Below are positions 12,801-26,749 of a stretch of 64,000 bases of DNA, one piece after another; within the stretch, counting starts at the first letter, position 1, and every line of letters starts with the position of its first letter. The stretch spans positions 719,601-783,600 of the forward strand of contig CBFDEM010000033.1 in assembly GCA_965603825.1 (NCBI GenBank). Direction: 5' to 3'. A program made the position numbers and the translations under genes. This DNA is from Blepharisma stoltei ATCC 30299. Taxonomy: Eukaryota; Protista; Ciliophora. The notes under the pieces are model-generated. The model did not search any database. It saw nothing but the letters and a program-made list of their open reading frames with translations, and was not told where the DNA came from.

Positions 12801-15800
12801 TTTGGTTCAGAACTTCTAGCTGTCCTGCTTCTTGTGTTTTTAGCCATGATGTCGCTGTGGATGCTGGGTCTACTATAAGAGGTGTTTTGCTTGAGTTAAA
12901 AATGACTATCGCATTTTCCATTGACAAAGAGTCTCCAGGAAGTCCTTCGCCTTTCCATCTGAGCATTTCGCTTTCTGAAGACATGAACTTTCGGAAGTCA
13001 TAGCTAAGTGACCCAGCTGACCCTTTCCACTGCTTCATTATGTTTTCTCTGATATCTTCACTGTGTGGAGACAGATAAGTTACAAAGCCTGCAGAGACCA
13101 TTGAATTCTTTGGCATCATGTCTAAGTTACCTTGAAGTTCTTTTAGCTGCTGTTCCCACCTACCTTTTTCGCCGCTTAATTTTCCTAGTAGGTCTTGAGC
13201 ACTGCTTAATGTTCCTTCCGCGATGCTGAGCTCATTTTTCAGCTGCTCAGCTTCTGAGGTACGTTTGGAGAAGTTGCTGCGGAGGCTTTCTACCATTTTT
13301 CCAAGGCCGTCGAGCTGCTCTTCACACTCCATCATACGTTTCTGGGAAGTTTCCATTAATCTTGTGGCACGCTCTAAGTCGTCTTCAAGTGGTCGGATTT
13401 TTTCAAGAATTAAGGAGTACTGCAGTAGGGCTTGGACCCAGGCTGCCATAGGTGAGGCTGCTACAGAGGCTCGTTGGATTACTGATGGCTCAAAGCTGGA
13501 AGCTTTCTTATTGACTAGTCCCCATACGTCGTTTCTGACCTCTGGAGTTATAAGCCTTGGGTTGTAGTTTACCAGATTGTTGATAACACTTCGGCCTTTT
13601 AAGAACTCTTTCATAGAGTTCCAGGACGAATCGTAATTTCCCATCAGTCTGAGAACTGCACTTAGCACATCATGGACTGGTTCTGGAGGCAGCCTCAAAG
13701 CTTTGAGCTCGTCCAGGCTTTCTTTTCTAATCGAGCCAACTGCTTTTTGGGCCTCTTCGAGCATAGGTTGAATCCCAGCCATTTCTCTTTCGACTACTGA
13801 TTTTCGTTCATTTATTTTGATATTTTCTGATTGAAGCTGCTTTGAAAGGACTTCTTGCTCTTGCTTAGACTCTGCTGCCTTTTCCATTGCTTTCGTGATC
13901 TGTTCTAAAGCTTGATCTGCTTCTTTTTGCTTTGTGGCAAGCAGCTTCTTTTGATGCTCTGCTTTAACTTTTAAGTCATTCACCAGTGTTTCTGCTTCTT
14001 TTAGCTTCCCAAGACCAGCTTTCAAATGGCTGCTTTGTCCTCCTTGTGAGGAGAATTTGCTTTTCACGATGTTTCTGAAGGTTTTAAGTAAATCCATGTA
14101 GTTTCTCATAACTGATTTAGGTACTGACTTGTGCATATTGATGCTTAAATCTACGATTTCTTGCTTATCATGCAGTTCTTGAATTTGTTCTCCTAGTTCT
14201 ATATGGGCAATAGCATTCATGCTTTCTTTGCTCCATGGCTGCAGCCAGAGGATAGAGCATCTTGTAAATAGTGCAGGGTTGCTAGCAGTATATACAGAGT
14301 ACAAAGGATGTGAATGATCCAAACTTAGAATAATCCTCAAATTCTTCCTGACCAAGCTACAGAAGTACTCATACAAAGTTTTACATTTGCCCTCTTGCCT
14401 CATTTGGTCAGCCAAAGGTGCTAATAAAGGCTCAATTTCTTCAGTTGCATAGAGTCCAGGCACTTCTCCACCTCCCAATAAGCTATTCAGCAGCTGCAAG
14501 AACTCAGGCCTAACCAATTGATAGTCCTCCAAAAACAGCACAGTCCCTTTCCCCTCAACTCCAGCTATTTGCAATACCGATTTTAAGTCTTTCCTGAACT
14601 CTTTATCAGTATATTCTCTAGTGATATTTGGTGAAAAAAATTGAAGATTCAGCATATGGGAGACAAGGAGACTTGTGCTTCTTCGGCCGACGCCGCTTTC
14701 TCCGACCATTAGTATACACCCGCCTGGGACTGATAAGTTTCTGTTTACTTTAGCGATGTTGCTCATAGACTCGTCGAAAACGTGGAAGTGCAACTCTCTG
14801 AACTCTCGCTCATAGGCAAGCAGACCGCTGGCGATTATTTTTCTGAGATCTTCTTCAGACACACGGCCCATGCCTGGGATACCTTTAATAGCTGCTTCAT
14901 GGGTTGAAGACCACGTCAAGAAAAATGCTTTAATTCCTTCATTATAGCCAAGCCCAGATCTCAGCTGGCTGTTTAAGATTGCATCAAATTGGACTGAATG
15001 TTCTCTAGAGACCAGTCGATCTTTAAATACTCGAACTGCTTCATATCCCCATACTTCGTGAAGCTGAGGAGGGCTTTTGGCTTCATATCTTAGCAGGTTG
15101 AAAGTCCATTGTGTTACGTCTCTAGGTGTAAATAAATAGTGCCTGTGCTCATCATATGGGAATCTTGTTTTCACGTTTACAAATAGATCTACCATTGATT
15201 GGGCTAGTCTTGCAGCTTGGTCAGGGTTTCCAGCGATGTTTTGGGCCTTTACTATATTTTTCAAGTATTGAGTGTAAACATGGATAAGCTCGTCTCGTGT
15301 AGGATAATCCACACATACAATTCTTACATTTGCGGTGAATCTAGGAGAAAGCATGTGGCGGCCTACAGTGGAGCTTGGGTTCATGCTAGCTACAATTTGG
15401 ATTCTTTCTAGGTTGACGAAGTCTAAGTTATCATAAAACCCATGATATGTCACAATCTGCTGGAGAAAAGCTATAAGCTGGATTGTATTGTATTTATCTG
15501 GAGTTGGCAAATTGATATCTTTGAGATACAGAATTAAACGAGAGGTGTCTTTAGGCCTTAATAGCCTGCCTTGGGCATTTGAAGATTGCGCACAAACTTG
15601 AAGCAGTTTTTGTATCACATGTCCAGCTGTTGTCTGAGCATTACAATGGAGAGTAGCAACTTGGGTGGATTTTAATTGTTTAAAGGCAGACCTAAGCATA
15701 AGGCTTTTTCCACAGCCTTCAGGGCCGACCACTATAAATGGCTGGCCTGTTTCTAGCCAAGACTTAAATAGCTCAATATCTCTTTGGATTCCGACTGTAC

Positions 15801-18800
15801 GCACAATTGGTGGATCAAACGGGTCAGAAAATTCATTGAGGTCAAATTTCTCAGTTTCTGACACAAAAGCTTTGAAATTTCCTGTAGCTTCTGAATAAAA
15901 GCTGTTTAGTGGCTTATTTTCTTCTACAGGGTGCTCTTTACTCCTCGCAAAAATTTCTTTTGCAAACCTTTCTCTCAACTCTATAGCAAAATTCGAGCCA
16001 AGTCCTCTCAGTACATTGTACACAAACTCTCCTTTACTTTTAGAGCCGCCTATTGTTGACAGTGCACTCATAACAGTTCCTACCTTAGTAGTCTTGACAG
16101 CCATTTCTTCTGAATAATGCAAAGTCCAGTCAATCGCCATCGGCAAAATTTCTTCGACCCATCTCTCCATTCTGCTTTGGTCTTCAGCTGACTGTTTCTT
16201 CAGCCACGAAGTGATAAGTCTATTGATATCCACGTCTTCTTCACTCATAAAGATCATCCCCATTCTGCTGACAGTTGCAGGAGAAGCGAACCTCAAGTCA
16301 TTTGTTTCAAAAATAAAGTTTACATTGTCCGCAAAACTGATTCTTTCTCCAGTTGGGAGGGTTAAGAGATGGTTGTCGTCAAGAACTGAGTTTAAGGACT
16401 CAATCCACTCAGGATCAATGTCACCATCACAGATGACCCAAGATCTGACCTCTAATGGCTGCTTTACGCACTCTCTGGCTGCGGCTGTGAGGACGCCTTC
16501 ATTTCATTCTCTGGTGTCAGTGTCCATATGTCCAAGTAACTGCTGTCGTGGCATTGATTTTGGATTCATTGTATGGACTATGATCTGCTGGCCTAGCTTT
16601 TCTAGAGAAGATTTCAGTACTTTCCAAATCGTTGATTTACCACACCCAGATGGCCCGACTAGGACAACTCCCATTCTTTGTTTAGTGGCCTCGTGGAACT
16701 GCAGGATTTTCGCGACTTGGTTTTCTGAGTTTTCTAGCTTAAACTCTTGAATTGTCTGCTGGATTGCCTTTTCGAGCTCTTCATATTGTATGTCTTCAAT
16801 TGATGTCCCAGTGAAGATATCGCTTACAAGTGGGACAAATCTGCGTAAATCTGCATATGTGAGCTTTGGCAAGGTGTTGATACGGATTGCTTTGATTAGT
16901 AAAATAGATTCTCTGTCAGCTGAAATGTCTCGTTTGGATGCTCTTTCGGCTTGGATTAGCTGTCCACCAATCGTAAGAGTCGTTTTGAGAGCTCTCAGTC
17001 CCCAGTCGTAGTGCTCTTGGGTTGATAATAGCTGTTTAGAAAGGATAAAGAGCTCTACAAGCTTTTTAGCGAGTTCTTTGGCGTTTTGGAATCCTTCTGC
17101 AAATAGCAAAACTTCCGCAATAAGTTCGTTATCAGGCACGCTCATAGCAACTGGCCTGAAAAGCATTTTCAAGTTGTCAGGTAGCTTCGAACGGCCACCA
17201 TAGCCTTTTCCGGCAGGATTCATGGTTACAAAGATCCCTGCATTTAAGTTAATTTCAATAGTCCTTCCTAACAGTTCCAGTGTTTTTTCACCATTTTTGA
17301 TGCCCCATTGTATAACTTGAATCTGCTGGGAAATAGCTGACAATTGTTCTTCTAAAAGCCTGTTAAACTCATCAAAGCAGCCCCACGCTCCGCATTTTAC
17401 GAGCCCAATAAAGATTCTCCCCATTGATTTAAAGTCAATTCCTTCGTCACAGTTAAACACTAACACTTGTCTGCCGAAGGCTTGGCCTAGAGCTTTTACT
17501 GACTCAGTTTTACCAGTTCCTGCTGGGCCATAAGGGTTTCCTCCATACCCCATCATCATTCCTTGAGTTAGAGTCAAATAGCATTTATCAGTCAAAGGAG
17601 TATGCACAAGCTTTGGGGCGTTTCCTTGGTACTCGTAGGTGTAGTTAAACTGGGCGTCGACCATGTTTATGATACAAAGCTTTTCATTGTTCATAACAAA
17701 CTTCAGCTGGCGGTGCCAATCCCAGTTGTGGACTGAGTTTACACTGCGGGCGATCAATAAATCAGTGACTTCCATGTTGTGGATTAGGTCTAAAATCAAG
17801 CTTTTTACTTTTAAAAGCAATAACTGGTCAGTGTAGCGTGTTGATGTAAGGTTTGAGAGCTGACGGGCTAAGGACTGCTTCAGCTTTTGTAGACCATTAG
17901 ATTCAATAGCTTTGGCACAGTCCATTGAGAAGCGGATGACTTCGCTTAAAGAGCAGAGCTGGCTTGGCTGCTCTCTTAAAGCACTTTGGATGTCTTCAAT
18001 TCTTAAGCACGCTAATAAGTCTCTGGCCAGCGTTGATTGCATTTCTTTGCTGAGCTGCCCGAGCCATATTTCGACATCATCAAACACTTGTACTGGAGTA
18101 TGCAAGGCAACTCGCTCACCTGCGGAGCTCAAAAATGCAATGATAGTCCCACTGTTATCAAATTCAACTCTGTGGATACCTGCAAATAATTTCTTCAGGT
18201 GGGTTTGGATGACTTTAGGGTTTTTGGCTTGGCCTAGAATTTCTAATAAATCATCGTCACCAATAAAATAGAACCTGGGGAATTTCGATCTTTTTTCTTC
18301 TAAATAGTCGTTCAATGCTTTCTGGCATCTTTCTAGCTGGTCAAGCAAAGTCTCCAATGTATCTTTAAGCCCAGGGATGCTGCAAAGGCTGATAACTCTT
18401 GGATCAGAGCCAACTCCTAGCATAATTCCTCTATACTCATCATCAACTCGTTTAAATCTTCCTTGCTCATGTGGCAAAGCTCCTCTTCCAAAAATCGGCT
18501 CTAAGTATACCCATTTTCTCTGGATTATGCTCAATTTCAGCAAATAGTCATCCAGTGACGACAGTTTTGACTCAAACTGCTCGACCTGATCTGCAAATCT
18601 TTGGAAAAATCGTGACTCTTTTAACGAGGAAAGCAAGGCTTGGTTGTCACTGACTTGAGTCAAAAGCTCTTTTCAGTCTTTAATAAGTGGGGTGACTCTG
18701 TCATTTTGTATATGCTCGTATAATGAAAATACAGCTTCATCACACCAGACCCTTAAATCGTGGATGGCTTCTCTAATAGTGATTTCTCCTTGGGCTCTAG

Positions 18801-21800
18801 CTTGGAGCTCTTTAATTTGGTCTGCAGAAGCTATCATATAGGCAGAATTGTCAATGTAATGCTTGAATTTCAAGTTCTCCATCGAGATTTCTTTAGGGAG
18901 CTTTAAATAGTAAAACAAAGTCTTCCAGTGCTCTTTTTCAAAGCCTTCCCCAGTTGCTAGCTTAAGAAGAGGCCAGACTCTTTTATAGAGCTCGATTTGG
19001 GTGCTGATAAATCTGCCTACTGCATCTCTGGTTTTGCCTTTGATTTTTTCAGTCCAGGCTAAGAAGAAATCTTGGAATAAATAAAGTTTTGACCTGAAGG
19101 AAAGCCAGTCTTCTTCGCCAAGCTTGCCTAGCTCTGTTCTGAACTCTTCAAACAAGCTCCAATTGGATTCTTGCTCAATGATTTCTGCCTCAATATCTTT
19201 TGTCGAGAACTCTCTTATCGGCATATTGAATTGTTCCGATTCCTCTTTGAGCTTCCCTATTCTTTCACTGAGCTGCTGCCAGTCATTTCTCCACTCTTTT
19301 ACCTTTTCTGCGTTTTCTACAGCAGTCTGCATGTCAAGCTCATCAATTTGTTTAGGCTTAAGTGCTGCCCATCTAGATGCAAACTTGTCTAAAGCTGATG
19401 CGAGTTCTTCGCCTCTTCTCGCGATGTCTTGTTTGACTACTTCTCGCTGCTGCTCTATAACTTCTGAAAATGCTTCTACAGAAACTTCGAAGTTTTTCCA
19501 TTTATCTGAAATTATTGCAAGGTTTGGGCTGGCTCCTGTGAGCTGCTTAAGCATTTTGGATTTTTCTTCAAGGTTCTGGTACTGCTTATAAGTTTTTTCT
19601 TTTTGGCCTGCGACTTCTAAGGCTTCGCGCTGGGCTTTGGCGATTTCTTCTACGCTTTGAGGGCGCTGAGTAAGCTTAGCGTTGGCTGATTTGAGGAATT
19701 CGTCGAGATAGTCAATGTCAGTCTTAATAGAAGTTTTAAGGGACACAATCAGAGCTTCTGAAAGTCTTTGAAGCTGTTCTTCTATCGACGATTTAATAGG
19801 AGCTGTTGATATAGAAAAGCAATGGACTTTTTGCTGCTCTTGCAGCTTTTCTACGTCTTTTCGCTTCTGTTTCAGCATCCTAAAGTTAGCCTCCCAGTCA
19901 TTTACATCTTTAACGTGCTCTTCTACCATTGTATCAATATTAACTTTTCCCAGCACAACCCAAGGCTTGTAAGTCCCTAGCAGCTCTTTTAGTTCAGCAA
20001 ATAGTGCTTCAGCCTTAGAATAAACTGTATAAAGGCCATCTGAATTTTTATCAGGCATTTTTCTATATACCTCAGGGTTTCCTCCAAGTCCTTGAAAAGT
20101 GATAGGAATGGATATAAAAAGCTTGATTTCTTTATAGTATTTTGCCTTAAGTTCTTCTAGCGGCGGTCTAAACTGCAAAGTTTTATTCGCAAACACGATA
20201 TCAGCTTTAATTTCAGGCAAATTGTCAGTCAGATTTTCTAAGCCATTTTTATATTGGACTTCTAAGCTTTTAAAAAGCTCTTTGTCGAGATCAGCTTTCC
20301 ATGCCCTGGCTGCGTCCTCACTTTTTTCAGCTGTAATTGTATTAATGGCTCTTCTAATTTCGTCGAGTTTTTCTTTCCACATTTGTCTGTGCCTTAATAA
20401 GTCAATTTTTTCAAGCTCACCAATTTGCTCAATTATCCCGAAATGGGCTTTTCTCAGTCTTCTGTTTTCTGTCGTTAAATCATTTGCTGCTTTTTGAACT
20501 CTTTGGATGTACTCTTCGACGTCAACTGGGTTATTCCACGTAACTTTGCCATCTTTTAAGTTTTTAGCTGACTTTACGACCTCTTCAAAAGCAATAGCCT
20601 CGCCTAATAGTAGCTTTTTCTGAGAGTCGATAATTTGCGAGCTCATTGAGTTGTAGAAGTTAGCGACTCTTTTAAGAGTGATTGCTTCTTTATAGTATTT
20701 TTTGCCTGTGGCTACTACATCTTTAAGCTTTTTTGGAATGCTGAACCCGTACTCTGCAAGCTGCCTGGTTTCTTTGAGTAGCTGCACAAGTTTATCAGAA
20801 TAGCTGACCTTAAGCAGCCCATCGCTTAAGTCCAGCTCCATCATTTTTCCAGTGATTTCTAGCCCTAATGGCTCATTTCTATTATCAATATCCCCTTCAA
20901 TATTCGCCTTCCAGCTATTAAACTGCTGCTTCTGGAAGTCTACCAGGATTTTACTGACCTGCTCACATGTATCTTTTAGTCTTCCAATGCTTCCCAGATC
21001 TGCTAAAAATGCTCCAGCTGATGACAAAATTCTTGCGATTTTTTGTTGTAAGCCTCTAGCCCACACAATGCTGCCGACCAATGGGGACATGTTCAGATCT
21101 TGAGGAGGCTTATCCATTCCTGGGATTATTTCTGTCTTCATGCCTGACCTGCTTTCGAATTCTTCTCTTATTTGTTCTACTTGTATACAGAGCTGGTTAA
21201 GGATCTGCTCTCTTTCGCTTTGAAGAGACCTGCCGATGTTTGGGCGGCTTAGAAGTCCTTGCCATTTTTGGAAATCCCTCATCTGTTGGGAAATATTTGA
21301 GACTTGTAGGACTTCTCTTCTAAGCTTGTTGGCAATTTCTTCTTCAATGACTTGCATGTTGCTGTCATATTTGGCTTTGGCTTCGTCCCATTTAGGCTGG
21401 GTGTAAGGGTTGACTAAGAAGGCCTGAACTCTTTTGAAAGGGTCAAAAGTCTTTTCTACATTAAAGCGGCGCTGGTCTTCTTGGGATAATAAAAGGATAA
21501 GCTCATCATGCTGGGTTCTCAGTGTGAGGACTTCTTCTAGCCTCATCGCAAAGGCCATTAAATATTCGCTTTTGGGGAGCTTTTTACCCCATTTTCTTTC
21601 TTCTCGCCAGTAGTTGTTGGGAAGCTCATGCATGATTTCGATCCATCTTTCGCAAGCTTTTAGGGCTTCTTTTAATAGCATTCTGGCATTTGAGAACTCA
21701 GAGCCCCAAAGTTGAGAGTCAGGGATTGAGTCTTGGACTTTTCTGGCAATAGCTTCAGCGATAACGTTAAAGAGCTTATCCATCCTGGCTTGTGGGTATG

Positions 21801-22452
21801 CTTGTACACTATTTTCTTTCCATACTGAATCTAAAACGTCAAGGGTTTGCTCTAGCAGGTCGTGGATTTCTGAAAAACTCAGCGTTGAAATTTCGCTCCA
21901 TTGTCTAGAAATTTTTGAAAATAAAGTCACAAAAGTTTTAGCTTGGTCTTGGACTGCTTGAGAGCCTCGAAAGTCATTAGCAACGCTTGCCCAGTATTCA
22001 AATTCGTCAGCAGGAATTAAAATTGAGTCAACTGATTCTCCTCTTGGCCCTTGTCTCAGCATTGAAGAAAGCCCAGCTTCAAGTTCACTAGCCAAGTTTT
22101 GTAGGTGGCTGTCAACATTTCCAGTCTGCAATAGAGGCTGAGTAACTGCTTTGAGGTTTCTGAGAAGAGCTGAAAGTGGGTTGCTCCCGAGTGTCCCCAT
22201 AATGACGCTTGAAATCATCTCATTCTCATTCAATGCACGAGGAACTAGTTTGATAAAATGAACTTCGCGCGCTGTCTCTGGATAAGCCTGAATATTAAGG
22301 GAAAATGAAGCTTCATTTGAATAGATGATTTGCAAGGTTGCGAAATCTGGTATATCTAGGAAAGTGGATATCAAAGGTGACGTAGGAAGGTTTGGAACTC
22401 CTAGGGCAGCGCTTGCGCAGCCTAGGATATACGATTTTCTACCATCCGACAT
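9862..22452 (-). CDS. DYNC2H1: Cytoplasmic dynein-2 heavy chain (retrograde IFT motor), ~4196 aa, no intron required
   Basis: Three ORF-track pieces are one frame joined at TGA 18673-18675 (LIKD-W-KELL) and 16504-16506 (DTRE-W-NEGVLT), both conserved Trp sites. P-loops GPAGTGKTE, GPSGCGKS, GPEGCGKS and GESGVGRR (the dynein-2-type P4). Ends in TAG. Confidence 0.95.
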
Positions 22453-22469
22453 TTTTATATTGAATTTAA

Positions 22470-22808
22470 TTAAAAGCCATTTTCTTTAATGTTTCTTGGT
22501 TTTCTTTCTTCTTTGTATATAGATAGCTGCCAAAATTTCACTTGATCGTCAACTTTGCCCCACAAATAATTGTCAAATGGGTATATAACTGACCCTAAGA
22601 TAAAGCAGGGCAGCCAGATCTTATAAAAACTTGTGGTCTTTTGAAACTTAGCGAATCGGTCATTTCGATGCCTAATAAACATAACAAAATAGTAAAACAA
22701 TGACACCGAAATCCCATAATTGTAAGCTCTTCTGTAGTAATGCTCAACAGGAACTCTTGGACTGACAGGCCTTGGAGGCCTCTTTAAAGGCTCGTCAAGA
22801 AATTCCAT
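22470..22808 (-). CDS. Small hypothetical membrane protein (112 aa, two hydrophobic segments)
   Basis: Clean ATG..TAA ORF filling the gap between the ClC and dynein genes. Confidence 0.7.
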   Translation of the reverse strand: MEFLDEPLKRPPRPVSPRVPVEHYYRRAYNYGISVSLFYYFVMFIRHRNDRFAKFQKTTSFYKIWLPCFILGSVIYPFDNYLWGKVDDQVKFWQLSIYKEERKPRNIKENGF

Positions 22809-22828
22809 GTTATTAAATATTAAACAAT

Positions 22829-24979
22829 TTATCTATGTTTAAGGAACATTTCTTTGGAAACTACTCCCATCAGTTTCCCTCTATAAGCTACATAAATCTG
22901 TGTCAGCCCCAGCATCATAAACAAGAAATGGACTTTCACTAGTGGTGTGTTCTCAGGTATGGACAGTGGCGAATCGTCTAATTGCAAAATGTCCGAAGAA
23001 AACTCTACAGGAGTGCTTAAAAACGAGTCCACTTCTTTCATTTCGCTGTCGTCTCTGCACGCGATGCTTTGCTCATACTCAATATCATCAATTTCATGCA
23101 ATAAATAAGAAAAGTACTTTTCTATATGTGACCGTGAATCACGTGATAGCGTATGCAGCCTTTCTTGATAAACCATCATAATGTACCGTTTAATGTTCGT
23201 TAAGTTTACGTCAAACATTAAATTCATATCATCATCGACGACTGGGATCTTTACTATTGCGCTTTTGCTTTGTTGGATGGCTTTAGCTAGATCTTTTATA
23301 GTAGCCTCGTGAGTTATGAAAGGGTACTGAGGATCCACTGCATCTTTTGCACAGTTAGCGTAGAGTCATGAAGATTTTATAGATGGGAGATAAGGCAGGC
23401 CTTTCATTTCAAGCAAAGAGTCGTAGTAGGAGATCCCAAAGCCAGAACTGATGGAATAGGCAAGCAGAACACCAACCATCATAGGCAAAAAATAGTGGAT
23501 CTGGCCAGTCAGCTCAAACACAATGATAGCAATTGATAAAGTATGGGTAACAGACGAAGTCAATGCAGCTGCTCCTACAACTGCGTAAACTCCTCTATAC
23601 TCAGTCCCAAAAATTGAGTCTAAAATCTGTCCAAAAAGTCTACCAAAAGTACTCCCCGCAGCAAAAATTGGCACAAAAACACCGCAAGGTATTTGGCAGC
23701 TGATACTTAAGCTTGTAAGCAGCAGCTTCGTGATCACATAAATAAAGAGATTCAAGCTAAGAGTCGGCTTGCTCCAATACGTTTTTTCATAAGTAGTCAG
23801 ATTGTCAGCCCTGAACATCTGATTAATCACAATTTTATCATGAAGCTGCATATAAGGAAGCATATAAGTAAGAATCCCACATATGGCGCCTACAAAAAGT
23901 GTGTACCTAAATCTCGTATGAATCGCTGGGTATTTTAAATTTTTTCTATTATAAATCATTTTCCCTGTAAATTTAATGAAAAATGCTCCTACAAATCCAC
24001 ATAAAGTTCCTAACAATGTGAATCCGAAAATTTCGTAGCCGAACTCAATAGGGTCTAGCTTGGTTAGGTTAATTAAATCAGTGACTTCTCCACTTCTAAA
24101 CAGGTCAAAGCCAATCACACACCAAACAGCACAAAAAATGCCCTTTCACAGGTTACTGACATAGTAATAAGTTGCAGTGACTTCTATACTAAACAGCACT
24201 CCTCCTACCGGGGCTCCAAAAGCTGCAGCAACTCCAGCAGCTACTGATGCACCCATGATTTGGTTCCTCAATGTCAAATTCTATATATTGTTTACAGTTC
24301 TCAAGTGTCTGAAAATCCGATATTTCGTTAATTTGTGGGCAATGATCCCAGCTACATGCACAAAGGGTCCTTCTCGTCCTATGCTCAATCCTGCAGCAGA
24401 TCCTGCTATAAGCCCTGTAAATTTGGCTATAAAAGTCTGAGTGCTTAAACAATGAGGCAGCTTTACACCTGCAATGATTGCTTTCATCTCAGGAATCCCT
24501 GATCCTTCAGCATCTGGGCTGATTCATTTAGTTGTAGCAGCGGCAAGTCAGGAAAGAGCCAGGGTGTAGAGCATCCATATGCAGAAATTCCAAAAGCCAC
24601 TTTCAGTGCTTGCAAAAAACTCACGAGTATCCATCAATTTTTCAGAGAGATAGTCGACACAAAACGCAATTACTGAAGACAAAAGCCCGAGGATCATCAG
24701 GACGATTCATACAGAAGGGTTGAGGATGCTGAAGCCTGTGAGGAATCGGTGGATCTTAGAAAGGGCGGTCAGGTTTTCTTCAAATGTGGGATTCTTGATC
24801 TGGTCGATGCTAGTAAAGAAGTCAGTAAGGATGTACTTGGAGCGGCTTTGATTTGGGGGCTGAGATGCAAAATTTATGTTTCTACCTGAGACCTCGATAT
24901 TTTTCATTTCGTTAGTGGAGTGAGGAGATTCATCTTCCATTCTAAATATTTTTAACAATTTAATAGTGTCTTCTTGCAT
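22829..24979 (-). CDS. ClC chloride channel/transporter with C-terminal CBS region, ~711 aa; intron 24281-24295
   Basis: GSGIPE, GREGP, AAFGAPVGGVLFSIE and GVFVP motifs. TGA=Trp at 24707, 24548, 24524, 24146 (VSNL-W-KG, conserved W) and 23366. Confidence 0.93.
24281..24295 (-). other. 15-nt intron gtaaacaatatatag (ClC)
   Basis: Contains an in-frame TAG; removal joins RHLRT to NLTLRNQIMGASVAAGV. Confidence 0.9.
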
Positions 24980-25222
24980 TTATATCATAATATTATGCTG
25001 GAATTATGGAAAAAGAATAAACATTAAATTATAATTTAAATAATCATAATTGAGCTTGTATCAATTCTGTATAAAAAAATAAATCTTTTATAGCTTTGCT
25101 ATTGCAAAATTATTATTTAAATCTAGAAAGGAATGCCTTTTTGATGTTATAAGTAAATCTAGAAAAAATAATCTCATAGCCGTTACTCATTATAAAATAA
25201 AAGAGAAATCTTAAATACTAGC

Positions 25223-26749
25223 CTATTTTGTCTTGCGTTTTGCTTCTCCTTTACTCACAAATGGTTTTCCAAATGCCTTAATAACTCCCCATAGCACAAT
25301 TATGTACCCAAAAATCCCCAAAAATATATAAAGGTCAAGGATTGCAGGCTTCACTTTATAAACGCTCAAATTTTCTCCTTTGGTATTATAAAGTGTATAG
25401 TCAGTGACTGGGTATTTCTGGACCTTAAAAGTGCTGTTTGTAAGCTCATTGAGTGTCTCCTTCAAAAGCTTTGGAAATTCAGCCCCAGGTGCCAACTTGG
25501 TAGTAAATCTTGTATAGTTGCCTAATTTTTCCACCCAAAATCCTATGCTTTCTTTAGAAGTCAGCTCAGCTTTGTTATAAACCACCAAATTTCCGTCATC
25601 TCTGCTATACAAAAACCTAGTCAAGCTTTCTGCGATAAACCTTATATTTCTTTCAATTGCATCAATATCAATATTTTCTTTATTATCATATAGAGAGCTT
25701 CTGTCAATAAAACTTGTGCTTGCTGCAGGTAGATGTGAAAGAGTCGCTGACAGAACTTTTTTCTTTGCAAAGTTTTCATGCTGCCATGGGATAAAAGAAT
25801 CAGCCATGTTGATTTTTTTCTTCATATAGTTAAGCGCAGTTCCAGTGATGCTAGAAGTCTTGTTAAAATCTGCATACAGCTTTGCAATATCAGCTTCATT
25901 TTCTTTGCTAGGGAATCTTGACACGTGGAAAGTCAGGTCACTTCCTTTGCCAAGAGTATCCAAACAAAGCGCGAATTTGATATTCCCAATTATTTGTTGC
26001 AGCTCTGCATCTTCTGAATCAAGCCAGTTTCTGAGGCCTTGGAAGTTTAGAGTCCCAGTTGAGGTCAAAACAAGCAATAAATTATAAGCTGGAGGGGATG
26101 TGCTGAATAATTTTCTGAAATACTTTGTGAGTTCTAAGATGGTAATGACTCCGCTGCCATTTGCGTCCATTCCTTGGGAAAGCTCAGGGACAATTGAGAA
26201 GGCGTCATAATAAGTCACTAAAGCAATTGTAGGGAGAGCTTCGGAATATTCATAGACGAAGCCGTAGTAATTTTCTTGTGCCAGGCCTTTAGCGGCTGGC
26301 TTCTCATCAGTGCTTAGTGAAAACTGAAGCTGATCAATGTCGCTGCCTTGATCGCCTTTTTGCTGCTGCAAGTAGTTGTAAATGTCCATCACTTCTGGTG
26401 TTTCGTATGTAAAATAGATGGGGAATGGGAATGAGTTGGTCCCGAGGTAGCTTTCAAGCTCCTTTAAGCCTTGAGGATGAGATTGTGTAAGGATGATAAG
26501 AACTGCGCTTGGCTTATGGCCTAGAAGGGTTTCTAAGGATTCAATTGAGAGATTTGATATGTGGATCATGGTGATTTTTCGTGGGATTTCTTGAGTGTTC
26601 TCATAGTGAGCCCCAAGATAGTTTATGGAGCTTACTTGGGAACCGAGATGAGTGCCTTCGTATTCGTATTGGATGAGTCTGTAGACTGGAATTTGGACTG
26701 CTCCAAAACTTAGGGCCAAAAGACCAGCTAATAAAATAAGCCTTTGCAT
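25223..26749 (-). CDS. NCLN: Nicalin (inactive M28-like luminal domain, type I ER membrane protein)
   Basis: Signal peptide; VYRLIQYE, LPTIALVTYYDAF, GMDANGSGV, CLDTLG, KKINMAD, WQHENF; C-terminal TM helix. Confidence 0.9.
   Translation of the reverse strand: MQRLILLAGLLALSFGAVQIPVYRLIQYEYEGTHLGSQVSSINYLGAHYENTQEIPRKITMIHISNLSIESLETLLGHKPSAVLIILTQSHPQGLKELESYLGTNSFPFPIYFTYETPEVMDIYNYLQQQKGDQGSDIDQLQFSLSTDEKPAAKGLAQENYYGFVYEYSEALPTIALVTYYDAFSIVPELSQGMDANGSGVITILELTKYFRKLFSTSPPAYNLLLVLTSTGTLNFQGLRNWLDSEDAELQQIIGNIKFALCLDTLGKGSDLTFHVSRFPSKENEADIAKLYADFNKTSSITGTALNYMKKKINMADSFIPWQHENFAKKKVLSATLSHLPAASTSFIDRSSLYDNKENIDIDAIERNIRFIAESLTRFLYSRDDGNLVVYNKAELTSKESIGFWVEKLGNYTRFTTKLAPGAEFPKLLKETLNELTNSTFKVQKYPVTDYTLYNTKGENLSVYKVKPAILDLYIFLGIFGYIIVLWGVIKAFGKPFVSKGEAKRKTK

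Noticed and set aside
16504-18675. In-frame TGA as selenocysteine, pseudogene lesions or split genes
   Set aside because: The TGAs align to conserved Trp rather than Cys, occur in about 17 unrelated genes, and are TGG in a paralog.
10169-21103. Many + strand ORFs of 60-180 aa within the dynein gene, and similar ones opposite other genes
   Set aside because: Antisense shadows of real CDSs (S/F/L-rich, no motifs).
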